Sequence record: SRR31156797_4552
Length of the DNA stretch: 64,000 nucleotides
Strand: one strand, 5' to 3'
Each line of letters starts with the position of its first letter. The first letter of the stretch is position 1. Made by a program: the position numbers and the translations under genes. Positions 59,910-64,000 of the stretch are shown here, one piece after another. The notes beneath the pieces were generated by a model. That model saw nothing but the letters and a program-made list of their open reading frames with translations. It made no database searches and was not told the origin of the DNA.

Positions 59910-60125
59910 GGTTTGCCTCCTGTGAGGCAAGATTTTGACTCTTTTTTCGTTTTTATTGAAAAACATGCATAAATTATTCCGAAGATAAGACAATGTTGGG
60001 GTGGACTAAATTTAACCACATCTCATTTATGAGTATTTCATTATTCTTCAACTGGTTTAAACTTGGATCATAATGTATGATCCAAGTTCATATATCGGTA
60101 TTCTCTTAGATTACACGGGGTAATA

Positions 60126-60890
60126 ATGCGTTATATTGTCTGGGCAGCAATCTTTTGGCTTTTGTTCACGTCTGGAGCAGAAGCGGTGAAAATCAGGGTC
60201 GGTGGAACCGGATATTGGTCGCCATATTGTTACCTCACCCCGGATGATCCTCTAAAACTTAAAGGTTTTACTGTTGATTTTCTTAAGGAAGTCTTCAATC
60301 ATCCTGATGATGAGCTTATTCTTGTTGCTCTCCCGTGGCGAAGATGTCTGGCACTGCTGGAAAACAATGAGCTTGATCTTGTTCTTGATGGCAGCAAGGA
60401 ATCCCCGCGCCTTAAAAGCTTTTTATTTTCGCAGGAAATCTATCATCTTGATAATGTTTTGTTCTATCTCAAAAGTAGATTTCCAAGGGGACCGCATCTT
60501 AAAAATGTTGTTGATATAAACAAGTTTTCTTTGGGGGGAGTTTTCGGTTTTAATTATAAGCTGTATCCGTTTGATGTTTCGAAAGTTCAGCAGGGTGCAA
60601 AGGATATTGAAACCATGCTGAAGATGCTTGAAAGACAGCGTTTTGAGCTTGGGATCGGATTTGAGCAGATAGTGTGTTCGAGGATGAGATTAAGCAGCAT
60701 TGATGGGAGCGATATAGGATTTATCCGTATGCCTGGTGTTGAGCCGTTGCATTTTTATATTTTCGGCAATCATACACCTAAAACTGAGAAACTTATCAAG
60801 AGGATAAATTCTGCTTTGCAGGAAATGGCGGCAGATGGCCGACTTGATAAGTTGAAGCGTAAATATGGATTGCAGGGCGTTGGGAAGTAA
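60126..60890 (+). CDS. Periplasmic substrate-binding family-3 protein, orphan
   Basis: Signal peptide; WSPYCY, GFTVD, LPWRRC, INSALQEMAADG.L..L..KY. Confidence 0.8.
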   Translation: MRYIVWAAIFWLLFTSGAEAVKIRVGGTGYWSPYCYLTPDDPLKLKGFTVDFLKEVFNHPDDELILVALPWRRCLALLENNELDLVLDGSKESPRLKSFLFSQEIYHLDNVLFYLKSRFPRGPHLKNVVDINKFSLGGVFGFNYKLYPFDVSKVQQGAKDIETMLKMLERQRFELGIGFEQIVCSRMRLSSIDGSDIGFIRMPGVEPLHFYIFGNHTPKTEKLIKRINSALQEMAADGRLDKLKRKYGLQGVGK

Positions 60891-60917
60891 ATGCTGTTTT
60901 GGGCGCATATCGATTTT

Positions 60918-60953
60918 AAACCTCCCCGGCTTGGTTAATACCGGGGAGGTTTT
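60918..60953. terminator. Bidirectional terminator
   Basis: AAACCTCCCCGG...CCGGGGAGGTTTT. Confidence 0.8.
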
Positions 60954-60973
60954 GTTTTTACTTTAGTGTTCCC

Positions 60974-62812
60974 TTAAATCACCCCATAAAGCGGTCCGCC
61001 GGATGCGGCCAGCGCGTCGACTCGTTTCTCCACTTCCGGGTCGGGATCAAGTGGCGGAGCCTGATAGGTTTTCATTCTGGCATCAATGATGACAGCCTTT
61101 TCGGTTCCCCAATGTTTGGCCTTAGTGAAGGCTCCGGCTCCGTAGATGTCGGTTGCCGGATCGGAACGGGTGAAAGTTACCCAGAGGAAATTTTCCCAGT
61201 CTTTGGCGGTGAAATCTGGATCATCCACAACCACGATCATGGGGAATCCCTCAATTCCTTTGGCGTGCTTGAGTGCCTCGCCAAGCTTTTCCATTTGCGG
61301 GTCCTGTGCTCCTCGGGAGGTATTACTTTTGCGTCCTTTGAGGAGTATGATTCCGGGAGCGAAAATTTTTGCATCCCCGAATCCTTCTGGAAGGGTGGGT
61401 AGCTGGGGTAGTTCTTTGGCCAGTTCACGTTTCTTTGATCCGGCAGCAGCGAAGATCAGCTTGGAGCCTTCGTTGAAACCCATGCCGGAGTAATCGAGGG
61501 TATCGATTGTAGTTCTGGTGATGAAGTGCAGGTCGCGTTTCAGGTTGGCGCGCTCGAGTATGTGTTTGAAGAAAACCGGGATGTTGTGGCAATTCTCGCC
61601 ATGCTCCATATCTTCTTTGGCGCCGATGAATAGGTATTTGGCAAGGGCGGTCTGGGTGTTGCCCAGCAGGGCCATGCCGTTGGTGAGCAGTTCTTGCGGC
61701 TGACGTTCTTTTGCGTAGGGAACGTAGCGTTCGCTGCCTACTGCCAGCAGCAGCGGATGGACCCCGGCTACGTCTACGGCATGAACTTCGTGCACTCCGG
61801 TAAATACTGACGGTACCAGCTCTGAAGTTAGTTCGTGGATAAAGTCGCCGAACATGGTGTCTTCCTGCGGCGGGCGTCCGACGGTGGTGAACGGCCAGAT
61901 TGCGTCACTGCGGTGGTAAACTTTATCTACTTTGAGCACCGGGAATTCGTGGGTCAGGCTGTAATAGCCGATGTGGTCTCCGAACGGGCCTTCAGGTTTT
62001 TGTTCATTACTGATGGTGCCGCAGATGCAGAAGTCGGCTTCAGCCGGAACGGGCAACCCGTTGGGACGCATGACCATAGGGATGCGGTGACCGCCGAGTG
62101 CTCCGGCAAAGAAAATTTCAGCCAGTCCTTCTGGCAGGGGCATCACAGCGGCAATGGTCATGGACGGTGCTCCGCCGACGACAATATTTACCTTGAGCTT
62201 TTCGCCTTTTTTTAATGCCTGCGCATGGTGGTGCCCGATACCGCGGTGGATCTGGTAATGCAGACCTACTTCGGTGTTGTTGTATTCGTTACCGGAAAGC
62301 TGCACCCGGTACATGCCGATGTTTGAACCTGCGAAACCGGAACTCTCCGGGCTTTCGGAATAGACCTGCGGCAGGGTGACAAATGCCCCCCCGTCCATGG
62401 GCCATGATTTGAGCTGCGGAAGTTGCGACAGTGTGGTTTCGTTAGCGGTTACCGGGCCTTCGGAAAGTTTACGCGGCATGGTATGGTAGGCGGTGCGCGG
62501 TGCGCCGAGATACTGCCACGGCTTTTTGATGGCTTCCATGGGATACATTTTCAGCTTCATGAGCCGTTCCACTGTTTCGATGGTATCGCGGAAAATGAAA
62601 TGCAGCCTTTCCTTGGTACCGAAAATATTTGCGGCCATGGGAAATTTGCAGCCCTTCACATTGGTGAAAAGAAGGGCAGGGCCGCCCGCTTGAAATACCC
62701 GTCTCTGGATAACTCCGGCTTCAATATTCGGATCAATTTCCTGATCTATGCGTAGCAGGTCCCCTTTGGCTTCAAGGGCATCAAGGCATTCTTTAGTGTT
62801 TTTGTATCCCAT
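60974..62812 (-). CDS. UbiD-family prFMN-dependent decarboxylase (likely menaquinone pathway)
   Basis: GPALLF, NIGMYRVQ, EGPFGDHIGYY, GRPPQED. Confidence 0.88.
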   Translation of the reverse strand: MGYKNTKECLDALEAKGDLLRIDQEIDPNIEAGVIQRRVFQAGGPALLFTNVKGCKFPMAANIFGTKERLHFIFRDTIETVERLMKLKMYPMEAIKKPWQYLGAPRTAYHTMPRKLSEGPVTANETTLSQLPQLKSWPMDGGAFVTLPQVYSESPESSGFAGSNIGMYRVQLSGNEYNNTEVGLHYQIHRGIGHHHAQALKKGEKLKVNIVVGGAPSMTIAAVMPLPEGLAEIFFAGALGGHRIPMVMRPNGLPVPAEADFCICGTISNEQKPEGPFGDHIGYYSLTHEFPVLKVDKVYHRSDAIWPFTTVGRPPQEDTMFGDFIHELTSELVPSVFTGVHEVHAVDVAGVHPLLLAVGSERYVPYAKERQPQELLTNGMALLGNTQTALAKYLFIGAKEDMEHGENCHNIPVFFKHILERANLKRDLHFITRTTIDTLDYSGMGFNEGSKLIFAAAGSKKRELAKELPQLPTLPEGFGDAKIFAPGIILLKGRKSNTSRGAQDPQMEKLGEALKHAKGIEGFPMIVVVDDPDFTAKDWENFLWVTFTRSDPATDIYGAGAFTKAKHWGTEKAVIIDARMKTYQAPPLDPDPEVEKRVDALAASGGPLYGVI

Positions 62813-62955
62813 TATATTTTCCTTGTGGTCATTTTTTTTATTTGTGCGGCGAGTGTATGGATTCAGGGGGCGGGAATCAAGCTTTAATCGGGCATAAAAA
62901 AAGAGCCTACCGGATCAAGGCAGACTCAAATTGTTGATTGTAGCAAAGCTAGTTG

Positions 62956-63333
62956 TTAGCCCAGCATCTTATTGGCCAGCAGCTTTTGAATGCCTACGAC
63001 ATCACTGCCTTTTTTCAGTTCTTTGGTGATAGGATCGCGACGCCCGGAAACCCACATTTTCAGTTCGGAATCCATGTCAAAATGCCCAGCCGTCTCCACG
63101 GAAAAGGTGGAGATGGATTTGTAAGGGATAGACATATATTCTACTTTTTTTCCGGTCAGTCCCTGTTTATCAATGAGGATTAACCTGCCTGAGGTGAATA
63201 CATACATATCACGGATGACCTTGAAAGCCCGCTCAACACTTTCGTTGTCTCCCAGAATGGGGGAGAGTTCTTCCTGTACATCTTCAACGCTTACTTCAGA
63301 GGCGTTGCCCATTAATCCATCAAGAATTCCCAT
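62956..63333 (-). CDS. Bacterial PH-domain protein
   Basis: RD..VFT..RLILIDKQGLTGKKVEY.SIPY, FSVETAGHFD.DSEL. Confidence 0.85.
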   Translation of the reverse strand: MGILDGLMGNASEVSVEDVQEELSPILGDNESVERAFKVIRDMYVFTSGRLILIDKQGLTGKKVEYMSIPYKSISTFSVETAGHFDMDSELKMWVSGRRDPITKELKKGSDVVGIQKLLANKMLG

Positions 63334-63404
63334 ATTATCTCCATTTTGTTTTCGGCTCGCAGCCGTCCTTTTTGGGAGGAATTATATAATAAATTTAAGT
63401 AAAA

Positions 63405-64000
63405 TCAATTACTTTTCAATGGGAAGACATTTGCAGAGTGTTTTTCGTGTAGCTCGATTAGATTATCGGGCAGGTATTGCTGATATTTTTTCTTGTACTC
63501 GTCTTCATATTGTCCATTAATAATATGGTTGACCTTGCCGATGATCCTCCTGCCCCATTTGTTTTTGGAACATCCTACATAGCTCAGAACATATTCAGGT
63601 AGCTCGCGGATGGGGATAAAAAGGAATTTGTCTTCCACAAAATTTTGTGAAACAAGCCATTGTAATTCATGAGGAAAGCCTATGGCATAGTCAATGGTGC
63701 GCTCTGCTTGAATGTTTTTTGCCAGTGTTTCAAGCAGGTCCATTTTGTAGTGGATTATTATTTTTTCAGAACTTTTGTTGTTGCTTATGATTTTGTCTAC
63801 CATGCCTCCGTAGCAGCGCCCTTTAGAAATTCCCATGCGCATGGTGGAAGCGTTAAATAAATCCTCTATGGAAATGAAACCTTGTTCATCCATAAAAGGT
63901 TTAAATTCATTCAACCGAGATCTCAGGGCAATAACTCCATTGGAAATATAAAGCATTACCGGATTGCTGAATTCAATGAATTTTTCACGGTCCTTTGTCT
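63405..64000 (-). CDS. TIGR02285-like periplasmic binding protein (5' end outside window)
   Basis: Frame open to window edge (TKDREKFIEFSNP...); GRCYG..VD, RTIDY.IGFP.E, YVGCSKNKWG..II. Confidence 0.7.
   Translation of the reverse strand, partial: TKDREKFIEFSNPVMLYISNGVIALRSRLNEFKPFMDEQGFISIEDLFNASTMRMGISKGRCYGGMVDKIISNNKSSEKIIIHYKMDLLETLAKNIQAERTIDYAIGFPHELQWLVSQNFVEDKFLFIPIRELPEYVLSYVGCSKNKWGRRIIGKVNHIINGQYEDEYKKKYQQYLPDNLIELHEKHSANVFPLKSN

Noticed and set aside
60062-60090. dif-like CATAATGTAT core
   Set aside because: No XerD arm (TTATGTTAAAT); better explained as a simple palindrome.
60918-60953. GGTTAATACCGGGGAGG resembling the TPP riboswitch 3' half
   Set aside because: It is a terminator between convergent genes and the 5' CTGAGA core is missing.

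Overview
Gene-dense core chromosome of a sulfate-reducing bacterium. The gene set (periplasmic CbiK operon, GS type III, fused AccA-AccD, TrmFO) points to Desulfovibrionaceae, probably Maridesulfovibrio/Desulfovibrio; this is inferred, not searched. There are about 58 CDS covering thiamine (thiC, thiL), acetyl-CoA carboxylase, umuDC, a cobalamin-riboswitch-controlled cbiK/ABC/cbiL operon, asd/metF, glutamine synthetase III divergent from glnHPQ, transporters, orphan sensors and glycosyltransferases. No rRNA, tRNA, CRISPR array, integrase or transposase was found. The most interesting unexplained signals are: (1) a ~370-nt promoter-to-terminator unit with no credible ORF at 20.67-21.04 kb, with many hairpins, five GATGT copies and a segment resembling a degenerate c-di-GMP-I riboswitch (candidate new structured ncRNA); (2) a dispersed palindromic REP/MITE-like family, one copy supplying the helicase gene's Shine-Dalgarno and two flanking a small GIY-YIG nuclease; (3) an apparently catalytically dead PD-(D/E)XK-type nuclease; (4) a MATE/MOP transporter coupled to a stand-alone DUF2156 protein and a phosphodiesterase; (5) a sigma54 promoter with three phased TACA-N4-TGTA sites for GS III; (6) apparently leaderless umuD with an operator-like palindrome; (7) an atypical Ser/Thr kinase-USP pair and an unannotated 50-aa lipoprotein. 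All family calls come from motif recognition by eye.
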